This document shows positions 11,521 to 28,257 of a stretch of 42,234 nt of DNA, piece by piece (the first letter of the stretch is position 1; each line of letters opens with the position of its first letter). A model generated the notes under the pieces. The model did not search any database. It worked only from the letters and a program-made list of their open reading frames with translations, and was not told where the DNA came from. The position numbers were made by a program, and so were the translations under genes. The stretch covers positions 1 to 42,234 of the forward strand of contig NIVC01000683.1 of NCBI GenBank assembly GCA_002269645.1. Reading direction: 5' to 3'. The stretch comes from Macrostomum lignano. Its lineage: Eukaryota.

Positions 11521-12051
11521 GCGATAGTATGAGAGCTCGTTCTCTGCCGCTATAATCTGAACAAACGGAAAGGGATAGGTGGGGTGAATCGAACAATAGC
11601 AGGGCCAGGAAGTAGGGAGATTTTTTGCATAGCTGCATGGACCTCATGCAAACGTATATGCATGTATTTGCCTAGCCTGAGGGGCCGCAAGCAAGCTGTG
11701 GAAGATGTCTCCGCGGACCTCCGTTCTCATTGGCCAGCCGATTTTGGTCCGATGCTAACCCAGATCTGCTAGATGACGGAGACTGGGGGTTGGGGGAGGA
11801 GAGGATGTGGTAGGATCTGCCAAGGGGGAACAGTGGGATGCTGCATCTTATGTAGTAAAAGGAGGCGATGAAAAGAGATATCCCTTCCTATGTCCAAGTG
11901 TGCGCGCCACTCAGCTCTGTTCCAGAGAGTCAGTCAGACAGACAGATAGAAGAAAGAGGAGAGCTGTTGTGCAGTTTTCACTCCCACGCAAATTTTCAAA
12001 CTTCAAACCAGCGGCTCCAGTCGAAGTCCGATCGGCCTCAACTGAATATGA

Positions 12052-12263
12052 ATGCATCAGTCTAGCGGTGACGTCATCGAGGAGGCCTGGTCGCCCGCGG
12101 CGTCTGGCTGCGGCGTTGCCATGGAAACAGACGACGCCAGCCCTGAGATTGAAGTTCGAGCCGAGGAGGAAATACCATATCCAGGATTTTATCCCATTGT
12201 GCTGCGCTACCTGCATCAGCGGCACCCAGTGCGCGCCTGGTGCCTACGCGTCATCACTTGGCC
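12052..12263 (+). CDS. Cav3: T-type voltage-gated calcium channel alpha-1 (Cav3), coding exon 1 (N-terminus)
   Basis: EEIPYPGFYPIVLRYLHQRHPVRAWCLRVITWP matches the conserved Cav3 N-terminal segment (LPYP...WCLR...NP). Start is ATG 12052 or ATG 12121 (GCCATGG, strong context). Exon ends at the ATATCCTTT U12 donor. Confidence 0.88.
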
Positions 12264-13315
12264 ATATCCTTTTTCACTCGTGGTTTGTGCTCAACTTTCA
12301 TTTTGAGACGATACTCATTTAACTTCAACCTGCGATTTTTTTCGGGGGCGGTTTCACCACAGGACCTCAATATCAAACTCGATCCATACTGACCCGGTTC
12401 AAAAACTCGAAATCGACACGAGAGTTTGTCGACAGAGCTCACCAGTAGAAAAATAAGCAAACAAAACAAACTGCTCACCAGTTTCTTCAAGACTTACTCA
12501 TTCGAGAGCATCCCATATGGAGCTCATATCGTTAATTCAAATAAGCCGAACCGGCTCCCAGAAAGTCTCCATGCCATAATCCGTTTAACTATTTATTCAG
12601 TACACAAAACCAAACCTTTTGCCAACTGCACTGCAGTGCAAACTCCAGTATATACTCTGCTAGGAAACCCGCCTCCCGCTTTTTCTAGAAGCCGCTTTCT
12701 AGTCTCGCTGCGTAAATACTGGATAAAGCAAAGTTCCAACTTCTACCTTCTGGCTAGGACCATGCAGTCTGTCCAACTTCCTGGATGCTTTAAACACACA
12801 CACAGACCCACGGCTCAATTGCATCTTAATCTTATTCAATTCCCTGGCTCCCTGCGATTGAATGTACGTTGAAAACTGGCGAAGTCATTAATTCTCAGGT
12901 CACAGGGGTTTTTGAAAGGCTGGCTGCGTAGAGAGAAGAAGAACGGTTGAACAGATCTGAGGCGTCTCACCTGATTTCCCGTTTTCTCTGCACAATTTCC
13001 ATGACATGCAGCTCAACTCAGTTAGAGAGGGAAATTGAGAGAAAAAATCAGAGAGGGGGGGTACGCTCGTACCTTAGCAGAGCAGTTTAGTAATGGGACA
13101 AGAACCCGCCATCAGCAGGGTTCTGACGCATCCTGGTATTTGTTGGGCCTCAGTTGAGAAGTTGTTTCTTTACAAGATTCCTTGCTTTAACAACAACAAT
13201 GGATTGGCGCGATCTATTGTGTGCCACTGCCTCGGCGTGACAGCTCCGACTGCTGGCTGCTGACTGCGTCTGAACTGATAAACTTTTGACCTGACACTCT
13301 ATCTCAAAGTCTCCG

Positions 13316-14388
<1,073 letters not shown>

Positions 14389-15733
14389 GCCGAAAAAAAT
14401 ATTACGATACTGTTAAGCTTGGTTTAGGCTACTGAGAGCGAAAGTTAAATCGGTTGTAAAGTTCGAATCGGGTTCGATCAGTTTTTGGTTAGCACCGTGA
14501 GACATTAAATTTAACGTCCTGCATGCGGGCAGAACGAGAACGAGTTTTATTACCTTATTTTTTTAGCCGGACTCTCGATCTAAGCAGAGTACCTCGTAGC
14601 AGGCAGGGCTGAAAAGTGAAATTGAGCAAAGCATACCAACGAGGGAACGGAAGGGTAATGCGGTGATTGAAGCGGAAATGCGAAGCATGAATTCACGAGC
14701 GAATATTATAGGCGAGAATTGAGGGGCTCCCCTTATTCTTTCTCTCCTCTGTCTGTCTGCCCGCCTCTTGCCTGCAGCCGGTTGTTCGTCTCCATTTCGC
14801 TTCCTTCATTTCTCTTCGGCCCACTTCCCACTTCCCCGGGGCAATAAATATTCATCCTCTAGATAAGGGTAAGGCGGAGGCGGATGGTGGCAGAGGGGAG
14901 CCCGCAGACGTGCTCCACTGAGCAGTCTGGTAAGCACTCAACGCTTATGCGCCTCAGATTCCCATTGGTAATTCCCCCGACAATAATGATAATGAAAATA
15001 AAAGGACACCAGTTTCCTAACAACATTTCGTTCACCTGGAGTATAGTTACTAGTTAGTTAACTGCCCAGAGGCGCCACTTAAATTCGATTGAGTGTCCGG
15101 GAAGCGGACTGAATTTTTTTTCATTAAGCACCGCTAATTTGTCACGGTTCAGTTCAGAAGCCCATAAGATACTTTTCGTTTTTGTGCTCCAATATGATTA
15201 AGTATATTTAAAGTAACCAAAGTTATGCCACAGTCTTTGGAGTACGAAAATAGCTAGGTTTTAATCAGAATTATAGTTTTATTCAAAATCAGAAAAAATC
15301 CTTCTTTAGGCTGCGAATTTACCGATTTCTGTGCAAAACAGACAAAAAAACGGAGCAACGTTAAAGTCCACAAGCCCTACTCAATGCAAGATTCGATCTC
15401 AAATTTGGTTCGTATTTGCAATGCAAAAGTTTCCTAAAGCACGGAGTCTGCCCACTTTCCCGATTAACCGTAATAAGTTAGAGAGCATGCAGAACATTGA
15501 TTTGTTTCATAGCAGCTGGGCAAAGGCCCAAAAGAACGCTGATTCATTATATTGGTGGTGTACGTCTGCTGGGAATTTCCACCTCCTAATCACTGTTATT
15601 ATTGCTGTACTCATTACCATTACTTTCACAAGAGTTTATACATAATTTATCCATCAAGAAGAAAAATTGCAGGCCTCATAATAACTCACTTGTCCGACAG
15701 TGCAAGCTTATTCACATCGTTTAAAATATATAT

Positions 15734-16121
<388 letters not shown>

Positions 16122-17994
16122 TTACAGTTTCGGATGCCTTGAAGCCAGGCGCTAATCGGGATGGTCAAGGCAATTCCAAAATCTTGCACTAAATCATGAC
16201 ATTTCCTATTCTTCCCATTGCCAAGCAAAACCAGATCGCTTCCAACCTGTCGCACTCGAAGTGGACGGCTTACTACATATGCCACCAAATTATAGCTTGT
16301 CAAATGACCAACAAAAAGGTGAAATCAAGCATCGAATTGCGTGACGGTCAAAAGAGACACGGTTCCGCTTTGGAATGCCGGAGCCCGTTGTAGGCTGTGT
16401 GTGGGGGGAGGGTTAGAGAAATCACAGAGCGAAAAAGAGAGACAGAGAGCGGATTAGGCCAGATTAATAAATAGTAAAGCGCGATGCATGCCATGGCCAG
16501 GAATGCTGGCAGGGTCTGTGCGAATCCAGCAAACTGAAACCCATCTGGCAACGCGATGGGTCCGACTGCGCCACCCGCCTCTTCATTCTTGCCCCCGCAG
16601 GTTCGTTCGTGCCTTTTACCCGAACTAGCTTATGAGGCATGAAACTGAGAGCCCGTTCCTTGTACTGGCTAAGTAGGGCGCCTGATCCAACTTGCTTCCA
16701 ACGATACAATGCGTATTTATTTGCGTAAAATTAGAAGTAAAACTGGCCATTAATTAATCTTATTAAACTGGCTTCGGTTTAGCACTTTGGACGTAATTAG
16801 TGCATCCAGTTGTGGCTCGAACCGTGTGTTCTTACCGTAGTTGAGAGCTCAGAGCCCTTAATTGTAATCTCTCGTGAATCATCTTAGCGAATATTTATAT
16901 TACCGACGCTATCGTAAAAAAGGATTAAACTTGCAAAAATCCTGTTCGCTACATGCGAAATTTGCTGCTTTATTCAGTTTTAGGTAAGCTTCTATTCGGA
17001 GAAGAAATCCCCCCGTTAAAAACGACTAATGACAAAAAACTGGAAGAAGAAAACCAGAAAAGCTTTGCTTTGAAAACGCAGTACGACTCGAAACCACAGG
17101 TGCGTCATTAAGAGGAGGCCGCGGTACAAGTAATGCCCACCAGGCGACTGCAATAAAAGCGAACTAATGCGCGGCACCTGTCTAGCAGCAGACGAAAATT
17201 CCAGGCATAGTAACCATTCTTTTGGGGGTTTAGAATTAGTCCGATGCAGCAAGCACTATGGTGGGTGCTTTATTTTCCATTACAACACGGTTGTATTAAT
17301 GTACTTCAGACTTCATACTATAACATTCCTTCGCAAAGTTTCCGCCGACATTCATTCAGAATTTCGGGTGACTAAATGCATGAAAAGAATGTCTTAAGAT
17401 TAGCATCCAAACGCTGTTGTATACATTAGGCTTTGGTTTGGCTGAACAGTGCCCGTGTAGTGTATTTATGGTCAAGGTCAAAGGAATTCTAAGTCGCCAC
17501 TAGACAAGGCAATGGTAAGACAAGACTAAAAGGGGTCTCAGGCACTGCTGACAGGACCTTCACCGCTCCGGCAGCTCCTCTCCGCATATATTGCCCCCCC
17601 CCCATTTGCCTGTTGCAGTCCAGCTGCTAGAATGGAAACCATTGAAAGCTGAGCGTGGGGCAGATGGACAGCCCCAGGGGTTGCTGGTGGTTGTCGGCCA
17701 GGGACGCCGGCGGAGGTGGCAAAAAGCGTCAATCAAGGATAGAGTGCAGAGGATTATGGCGCTAACGCACACACGGGGTTCGAGTTATTTTCCTCGGCAT
17801 GCATCGATCACGCGACGAGTAGCTTCTTGTTGATTCTGAAGTGTGCCTTTCCCCTCTACTGGCTATTATATTATACACTTGGTCAGGGTAGTTGAGAAAC
17901 AGATTTGCAAGGATTTCTGTTGAGGACGTGAGGAAGCTTGGCGAAGGGTGGTAGTAGATCATCATGCAGAGCTATAAATTTTTAGTATATTGGA

Positions 17995-18024
17995 CTAGCG
18001 ATCGGCGCCCCCCTTTGGGGAGGC
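17995..18024 (-). mobile_element. Putative Helitron 3' terminus (minus strand)
   Basis: Minus strand reads GCCTCCCCAAAGGGGGGCGCCGATCGCTAG|T: GC hairpin, 8-nt spacer, CTAG, then T. Similar in sequence to 42096-42124. Confidence 0.45.
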
Positions 18025-19098
18025 AACGAAATTGTTGAATCAACTACCTGTACGTTTTGACCTTGTACAGTTGCTATCGTCAGTCTCTTCATGAAAATTC
18101 ATGAAGTCACTACTAAATCACGCCGTAACGCGCAAACGAAAGTTAAGAAGTAATGGGCCATGGTATTTATAGAACATTCACCCAGACACAATGGCAGAAT
18201 TGTTTTGTGCGCGAGTTTCTCCGGCTTTGATTCCGGATTCTGAACAAGTTCGTTGTAGACTATAACTCAGAAAAAGCGTTAATTTTTTGTGTTGAATTTA
18301 ACTTAAGAATTTTAACGAAGAAAGGGGATTTGGGAAGTTCATATTTAGTCATAAATCTGTAATGCCTGACTGAGCAGCCGTGAAAGCTTCAGACTAACTT
18401 AGCTCTGCTCAGTGGGTTAAAAGTTAATTTTTCAGCTATATGTGACTTTAAATAGGATTAACTCGTTGCTTTCTATTCATAGCTCTCTGTCTCTTTCTAA
18501 ATAAGCCGGTCTTTCAAGCTGATGATTACAATGCTTTCTATTTGCAGAATCCATCGTTTCTGAGTTATGCGTGAAGAGTCCATAAATACTAGATCAGAAT
18601 CTTTCTGTGCGTTAAGTACGCTCGTATACTTAAGTGCATACTAGGTGTTTTTGCAGACTTTTTATTTCATTTTCAGTTCCCAATAAGAATACTGAGAAGT
18701 TACGAGAGTGTAAAAGTATATCAGACTAGAATTGACTTGCTGTAAATACAGGTCCTTTCTACGAAACGGTTTTTTATTCGAATATATGAAGTCGAAATTA
18801 AAATTAATCGAAACTTTTTTTGGCAATCATCTGCACTTTATAGATGGATAGATAGATGGATAGATAGATAAATATCTTAGATAGATAGATAGATAGTAGA
18901 TAGCGAGAAAGAGCGAGCGAAGCGAGCTCTTTCGAGCTTGCTTGCCGCAGCCAATCAAGCTGAATGCACGCACACAAGATCACCGGAAACGATTAAGGCA
19001 GCTGGAAAGCCAATGGGCGCGGTAAGCGCTTTTATCCAGAGGAACTACCTGCTGGAACCAGCCATGCCGAACGAAAATCAGACTACTCAAGTAGTGCA

Positions 19099-20680
<1,582 letters not shown>

Positions 20681-20884
20681 TAGAAAAGTGCATATACTGT
20701 TGTGTTTTCCAAACGACTTTTATTTATATCTTAAGGTGGACAAGGAATCAACTTATGTTATCTCAAATATAAATTCAGTCAACTAGTTGAGGTTTCTGAC
20801 GTCATTTTGTTAATCTATGAATGTTTTTTTAAATGCAACTTACTTTCCTTAACTTAACCGCAAAAAACCCGAATCTTGGTGCAC

Positions 20885-21130
20885 TTGGTTTGAGCGAGTC
20901 AGCATGCTGGTAATTCTAGTCAACTGCGTCACCCTCGGCATGTACCAACCGTGCACGGACGAGCAGTGCGTCACCACCAGGTGCCAGGTGCTACACGGCT
21001 TTGACCACGCTGTATTCGCATTTTTCGCTTGCGAACTGGCCGCCAAGGTGTGCGCAATGGGCCTCTGGGGCCAGCTGGCCTACCTGGGCGACTCCTGGAA
21101 TCGGTTGGACTTCTTTATTGTGATCGCCGG
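20885..21130 (+). CDS. Cav3: Cav3 exon 2 (domain I S1-S3)
   Basis: [23 protein letters not shown]...[19 protein letters not shown]...[17 protein letters not shown]. Donor GG|GTGAGT at 21131. Confidence 0.96.
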
Positions 21131-21361
21131 GTGAGTAGGTGTAAGAGCCGAAAATTTAGAGATAATTTACGAAGTATATTTTGATGCACAATAATTTAGG
21201 AGCGATTAAATAGTCAGCGATGATAGATCGATTTAAGTGACTCACCCAACTGGGGTGGCGGGCATGCACAGAGAAGAAAGCGAGATGCAAGTACACATAC
21301 TAATAGAGCAGCCCCCAACCCCGACGGCCCAAACCAAGCGCAACTTTACATAGGGATTGAG

Positions 21362-22947
21362 CAGTGTTTCACAAAGTACAAGACCGTAGCGTCACAACAC
21401 TGAATCATCGTGTTGTTTCACAAAGTACAAGACCGTAGCGTCACAACACTGAATCATCGTGTTGTTTCACAAAGTACAAGACCGTAGCGTCACAACATGA
21501 ATCATCGTGTTGTTTCACAAAGTACAAGACCGTAGCGTCACAACACTGAATCATCGTGTTGTTTCGCAAAGTACAAGACCGTAGCGTCACAACACTGAAT
21601 CATCGTGTTGTTTCACAAAGTACAAGACCGTAGCGTCACAACACTGAATCATCGTGTTGTTTCACAAAGTACAAGACTGTAGCGTCACGACACTGAATCA
21701 TCGTGTTGTTTCACAAAGTACAAGACTGTAGCGTCACAACACTGAATCATCGTGTTGTTTCACAAAGTACAAGACTGTAGCGTCACGACACTGAATCATC
21801 GTGTTGTTTCACAAAGTACAAGACCGTAGCGTCACGACACTGAATCATCGTGTTGTTTCACAAAGTACAAGACCGTAGCGTCACAACACTGAATCATCGT
21901 GTTGTTTCACAAAGTACAAGACCGTAGCGTCACAACACTGAATCATCGTGTTGTTTCACAAAGTACAAGACCGTAGCGTCACGACACTGAATCATCGTGT
22001 TGTTTCACAAAGTACAAGACCGTAGCGTCACGACACTGAATCATCGTGTTGTTTCACAAAGTACAAGACCGTAGCGTCACAACACTGAATCATCGTGTTG
22101 TTTCACAAAGTACAAGACCGTAGCGTCACAACACTGAATCATCGTGTTGTTTCACAAAGTACAAGACCGTAGCGTCACAACACTGAATCATCGTGTTGTT
22201 TCACAAAGTACAAGACCGTAGCGTCACGACACTGAATCATCGTGTTGTTTCACAAAGTACAAGACCGTAGCGTCACAACACTGAATCATCGTGTTGTTTC
22301 GCAAAGTACAAGACCGTAGCGTCACAACACTGAATCATCGTGTTGTTTCACAAAGTACAAGACCGTAGCGTCACGACACTGAATCATCGTGTTGTTTTAC
22401 AAAGTACAAGACCGTAGCGTCACAACACTGAATCATCGTGTTGTTTCACAAAGTACAAGACCGTAGCGTCACAACACTGAATCATCGTGTTGTTTCACAA
22501 AGTACAAGACCGTAGCGTCACAACACTGAATCATCGTGTTGTTTCGCAAAGTACAAGACCGTAGCGTCACAACACTGAATCATCGTGTTGTTTCACAAAG
22601 TACAAGACCGTAGCGTCACAACACTGAATCATCCTGTTGTTTCGCAAAGTACAAGACCGTAGCGTCACAACACTGAATCATCGTGTTGTTTCGCAAAGTA
22701 CAAGACCGTAGCGTCACAACACTGAATCATCGTGTTGTTTCACAAAGTACAAGACCGTAGCGTCACAACACTGAATCATCGTGTTGTTTCACAAAGTACA
22801 AGACCGTAGCGTCACAACACTGAATCATCGTGTTGTTTCACAAAGTACAAGACCGTAGCGTCACAACACTGAATCATCGTGTTGTTTCACAAAGTACAAG
22901 ACCGTAGCGTCACGACACTGAATCATCGTGTTGTTTCACAAAGTACA
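21362..22947. repeat. 49-bp minisatellite (GTGTTGTTTCACAAAGTACAAGACCGTAGCGTCACAACACTGAATCATC)n, about 32 copies
   Basis: Period 49 confirmed between 21541 and 21590. Highly homogeneous. Confidence 0.98.
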
Positions 22948-23444
22948 GAATGATAGATACAGACACGTGAGAGGTACATATAGACATATTATTCATCGCT
23001 CTTTAAACTTCTGAAGAAAATCAAATCTTTAAATATTTCGGCGTTCTCTTAGTTGCTCAATACTCTCAGGTAAGCCTATAATTTCTCGATACTAATCCCT
23101 TGGGTTCACTCGCCAATCAATGTCTATACCTGGTTGACGTGCTCAGTCTAAGGCGCTGAATAACTGCAATAGATACGCTGTTGTTTGCGGCCGAAAAGAA
23201 AGGCCGACGAGACGATTAACCAACCTTTGGAGGCCTCGCTCTTTTAACCTGAGACGCCTGTGTCTGCATTGATGCCTTTGTATATTTTTATAGATTTTTT
23301 ATTGTGTCTGCTCTTCTTGTGTGCGCTCTGATTAAGCCTATGCATCCTGACTGATTCACCTGTCTACCCTTTTGTGACAGTAATATTCGCTGTGCACTGT
23401 CTAATATATTGATTCTATATTCTACTTTACTGCCTCAGCAATCT

Positions 23445-24512
23445 ACACCTCTCTACCAATTTCTTCTACAACTCTTTACCGACTTCCTTCTACACCTCTC
23501 TACCGATTTCCTTCTACACCTCTCTAACCGACTTCCTTCTACAACTCTCTACCAATTTCTTCTACAACTCTCTACCGACTTCCTTCTACACCTCTCTACC
23601 GATTTCCTTCTACACAACTCTACCAAATTTCTTCTACACCTCTCTACCGATTTCCTTTTACACCTCTCTACCGATTTCCTTCTACACCTCTCTACCGATT
23701 TCCTTCTACACCCCTCTACAGACTTCCTTTTACACCTCTTACCGACTTCCTTCTACACCTCTCTACCAAATTTTTTCTACACCTCTCTACCAAATTTCTT
23801 CTACACCTCTCTACCAAATTTCTTCTACACCTCTTTACCATCTTCCTTCTACACCTCTCTACCATCTTCCTTCTACACCTCTCTACCATCTTCCTTCTAC
23901 ACCTCTCTACCATCTTCCTTCTACACCTCTCTACCGACTTCCTTCTACACCTCTCTACCGACTTTCTTCTACACCTCTCTACCATCTTCCTTCTACACCT
24001 CTCTACCATCTTCCTTCTACACCTCTCTACCGATTTCCTTCTACACCTCTCTACCGATTTCCTTCTACACCCCTCTACAGACTTCCTTCTACACCTCTCT
24101 ACCGACTTCCTTCTACACCTCTCTACTAAATTTTTTCTACACCTCTCTACCAAATTTCTTCTACACCTCTCTACCAAATTTCTTCTACACCTCTCTACCA
24201 TCTTCCTTCTACACCTCTCTACCATCTTCCTTCTACACCTCTCTACCATCTTCCTTCTACACCTCTCTACCGACTTCCTTCTACACCTCTCTACCATCTT
24301 CCTTCTACACCTCTCTACCATCTTCCTTCTACACCTCTCTACCATCTTCCTTCTACACCTCTCTACCAGCTTCCTTCTACACCTCTCTACCATCTTCCTT
24401 CTACACCTCTCTACCATCTTCCTTCTACACCTCTCTACCAGCTTCCTTCTACACCTCTTTACCGATTCCCTTCTACACCTCTCTACCATCTTCCTTCTAC
24501 ACCCCTCTACCT
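23445..24512. repeat. 24-bp pyrimidine-rich minisatellite (TCTCTACCATCTTCCTTCTACACC)n
   Basis: Direct reading. Source of the (FYTSLPSS)n and (VERCRRKM)n ORFs. Confidence 0.96.
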
Positions 24513-25444
24513 TTTTTCTGTCTAGCTTCTCAACCCTGTTCCCTCTTGCCGTCTTTGCCCTCTTCCGCCCTCCAAGCAACACAACACGAGTCAAATAAGC
24601 GCTAATTTCACACTCTATCGAACCCTGAAACCAATCGTGTGAGCTCATAGAAGTAGAAGTGCCCTCCCCACCCTAAACAGGACTCTAGACAGCACAATAT
24701 AATAATGCAATAAATAAAGCAGTAATTGTCGGAGATTAGATCCTATAAGATCCGACCTCTGTCTCCTGAAGTTCAAGTCAAGATTTATGCGCACAGCAGA
24801 GCAGAGAAGGGTTGGAGGGCAGCAGTGAGCCAGACAATTAAATCTGCGCCCTCCAAATCCCTGGCACACCAATAATAAGTGCCTCCGGAGGCTCACTGCA
24901 AAGTTCTCTAGGGAAAGTTTAGAAGCTCTTTTTTACTTATTTTTCTTTCTTCTCCCCCTCCCTCTCCTTTCTTTACTCTGCTTCTGGAGGCCTTCTAAGC
25001 CTGGATTAAAGAATGGGAAGTGAGGCGTCCACTTCTGCTTCCATAATGCCAAGGAAAGCAGGGAGAATCTTATTTAGCTGGCTCGGGAAAAGTTGGCGGC
25101 TCCAATATCCCCCCAGGGGGCAAATGCAATCAGTGGCATTGGCTGGGCCTCTTAATCCTCTTAAATTTAGAATTAGTATCCTGCTTTCTCTTAATTTTAT
25201 GTCCATATACTAAAAATGATTTATTGCTAATTTATAGAAAAAGTTCGTACAGCCAAAATGTTGGAAAGCAGAAAAATTCTGAATTATGTCCACAATAAAA
25301 AATGGTGCCCCCTCATGCCCATGGACAGCTGAAGATTCTTTTTACACTGTAAAGTGCACATTTTTCTCGACCAATTTTTTTCTATAGTGAAACCTATGGT
25401 AGACTAAGTGATTCATTAAAAGCCATAAAACCGCATATTTTCAG

Positions 25445-25542
25445 ACTGCTCGAGTATCTGCCTCAGACTAAAGACCTGAGCCTTACAGCTATAAGAGCTA
25501 TTCGAGTTCTTCGACCGCTGAGGGCAATTAATCGAATACCGA
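25445..25542 (+). CDS. Cav3: Cav3 exon 3 (domain I S3-S4 voltage sensor)
   Basis: Acceptor TTTTCAG|. LLEYLPQTKDLSLTAIRAIRVLRPLRAINRIP has S4 Arg periodicity. Donor at 25543 (GTGAGA). Not in the ORF track. Confidence 0.95.
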
Positions 25543-25606
25543 GTGAGAGCTCTGCGCTGATTTGAGCACCTGCTAACCTGCAAAAATTCATCTCAACTCC
25601 CCACCC

Positions 25607-26117
25607 AAACACCCACCTCACGCCTCCAGATAGATTCTCTAACCCCATCCCGGACACCCACCTCACGCCTCCAGATAGATTCTCTAACCCCATCCCGGAC
25701 ACCCACCTCACGCCTCCAGATAGATTCTCTAACCCCATCCCGGACACCCACCTCACGCCTCCAGATAGATTCTCTAACCCCATCCCGGACACCCACCTCA
25801 CGCCTCCAGATAGATTCTCTAACCCATCCCGGACACCCACCTCACGCCTCCAGATAGATTCTCTAACCCATCCCGGACACCCACCTCACGCCTCCAGATA
25901 GATTCTCTAACCCCATCCCGGACACCCACCTCACGCCTCCAGATAGATTCTCTAACCTCATCCCGGACACCCACCTCACGCCTCCAGATAGATTCTCTAA
26001 CCCCATCCCGGACACCCACCTCACGCCTCCAGATAGATTCTCTAACCCCATCCCGGACACCCACCTCACGCCTCCAGATAGATTCTCTAACCCCATCCCG
26101 GACACCCACCTCACGCT
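25607..26117. repeat. 45-bp minisatellite, about 11 copies, filling Cav3 intron 3
   Basis: Unit CACCCACCTCACGCCTCCAGATAGATTCTCTAACCCCATCCCGGA. Period 45 confirmed between 25681 and 25726. Confidence 0.97.
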
Positions 26118-26137
26118 TAGACAACTCTCATTTTCAG

Positions 26138-26309
26138 GCATGCGAATTCTGGTGATGCTTCTACTAGACACGTTGCCAATGCTCGGAAATGTTCTTTTAC
26201 TTTGCTTCTTCGTTTTCTTCATATTTGGAATAATTGGTGTGCAACTTTGGAAAGGAGTACTGCGCAACCGCTGCTTTCTAGGCATCAACGATACGATTGC
26301 ACATCCGGG
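26138..26309 (+). CDS. Cav3: Cav3 exon 4 (domain I S4-S5 linker and S5)
   Basis: [46 protein letters not shown]. Acceptor TTTTCAG|, donor GG|GTAAGG at 26310. Confidence 0.96.
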
Positions 26310-26483
26310 GTAAGGCAGCCAATGGTAGTCAATGATAATGCGTTAAAATAATTGCTGTCAAGATGATTTTTTACTTTTCAGCTTGAATTGCGAGCAAAAG
26401 AAACTTTTTTATAGCTGTTTTTGAAGATTTTTAGTGGAAATCCTAAAATATACCATATGGTACGAGCGTATTCATGTCAACTT

Positions 26484-26830
26484 CTACCTTACCCCTCCCT
26501 ACACCTACCTCACTCTCCACTTCTCTTACCCCTCCCTACACCCACCTCACTCTCCACTTCTATTACCCCTCCCTACACCCACCTCACTCCCCACTTCTCT
26601 TACCCCTCCATACACCCACCCCACTCCTCATTCCTCTTACCCTCCATGCACTCACCTCACTCTCCACTTCTCTTACCCCTCCCTACACCCACCTCACTCT
26701 CCACTTCTATTACCCCTCCCTACACCCACCTCACTCCCCACTTCTCTTACCCCTCCATACACCCACCCCACTCCTCATTCCTCTTACCCTCCATGCACCC
26801 ACCTCACTCCCCACTTCTCTTACTTCTCCC
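26484..26830. repeat. About 37-bp C/T-rich minisatellite with about 147-bp higher-order period
   Basis: Unit CTCTTACCCCTCCCTACACCCACCTCACTCTCCACTT. The block at 26521 recurs at 26668. Confidence 0.88.
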
Positions 26831-27425
26831 CAACAGCCAAGACATCCATTAATCCAAGTTCTGTATCTTCATCGACCCATATTTCCAAGCATCGAATTTG
26901 CAATCTCAAACATCCAGTTATGCCAAGGATCGTAAAAGTTCGAAGCGCCCTTCGCAACATAGTGTGTGACAAAACTCAACCTACGCTCGTATCGATTTTA
27001 CGATGCGGTCATTCAGTACTTCGCCATATGATATCTCTGCCGTGTGGTTTGCCCCCTTCCCTGGCATTGCATTCCAATCCGCCAAGAGGGACCCCAGCGA
27101 ATAGAGACAAGGGGGGGGGTAGTGCAGATTTACAGCTCTGGTAGTTTGTTCGAAAGCAACAAGCCTTCGGGCTATAAATTTTTACTGGGGCCTCTATAAA
27201 TCAAGGCATTTGTGTGGGTATACCAGTGTAATAAGCACTTAAAATACTATCTGCTAAATGGTTATGGTGAAGGAATTCTGACCTCGTACAAAGCGCATAG
27301 TGTAGACTTGGTAATATTCTTAAAATCACATTGCCGTTTAGGTGAAATAATTTGATTATTGTATTGTTCAAATGAATTTACCTTTTGAATAGTAGAATGT
27401 ACAGTAGCTTACTTTTTATAGCATG

Positions 27426-28201
27426 TTAGACACAATCATCTACCTGTTAGACACAATCATCTACCTGTTATACGGAATCATATAAATATTAGACAGAATC
27501 ATCTATCTGTTAGACACAATCATCTACCTGTTATACGGAATCATATAAATGTTAGACAGAATCATTTACCTGTTAGACAGAATCATCTACCTGTTAGACA
27601 GAATCATCTACCTGTTAGACAGAATCATCTACCTGTTAGACACAATCATCTACCTGTTATACGGAATCATATAAATGTTAGACAGAATCATTTATCTGTT
27701 AGACAGAATCATCTACCTGTTGGATAGAATCATCTACCTGTTAGACACAATCATCTACCTGTTAGACAGAATCATCTACCTGTTAGACAGAATCATCTAC
27801 CTGTTAGACAGAATCATCTACCTGTTAGACAGAATCATCTACCTGTTAGACACAATCATCTACCTGTTATACGGAATCATATAAATGTTAGACAGAATCA
27901 TTTATCTGTTAGACAGAATCATCTACCTGTTGGATAGAATCATCTACCTGTTAGACACAATCATCTACCTGTTAGACAGAATCATCTACCTGTTAGACAG
28001 AATCATCTACCTGTTAGACAGAATCATCTACCTGTTAGACACAATCATCTACCTGTTAGACAGAATCATCTACCTGTTAGACACAATCATCTACCTGTTA
28101 GACACAATAACCTACCTGTTAGACACAATCATCTACCTGTTAGACAGAATCATCTACCTGTTAGACACAATCATCTACCTGTTAGACAGAATCATCTACC
28201 T
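27426..28201. repeat. 21-bp minisatellite (TTAGACAGAATCATCTACCTG)n
   Basis: Direct reading. Source of the (LDRIIYL)n ORFs. Confidence 0.97.
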
Positions 28202-28257
28202 TTTTCGTAGGCATGAACATCTGTAATCTGCAACATGAACTACCTCACAATTTGCAG

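Noticed and set aside
11807-12322. 171-aa ORF overlapping Cav3 exon 1, and the 148-aa ORF at 12426-12872
   Set aside because: The conserved Cav3 sequence is in the 12052 frame. These ORFs have no recognisable similarity.
17538-17965. Possible nested gene in the U12 intron (several 64-80 aa ORFs on both strands)
   Set aside because: No recognisable motif, and no consistent exon chain could be built.
21362-22947. CRISPR-like array of palindromic repeats
   Set aside because: Units are head-to-tail with no unique spacers, there are no cas genes, and the context is a eukaryotic intron.
28211-28257. Upstream acceptor TTTTTCGTAG at 28210 for Cav3 exon 5
   Set aside because: It is out of frame with an immediate stop. 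The acceptor at 28257 restores the frame.
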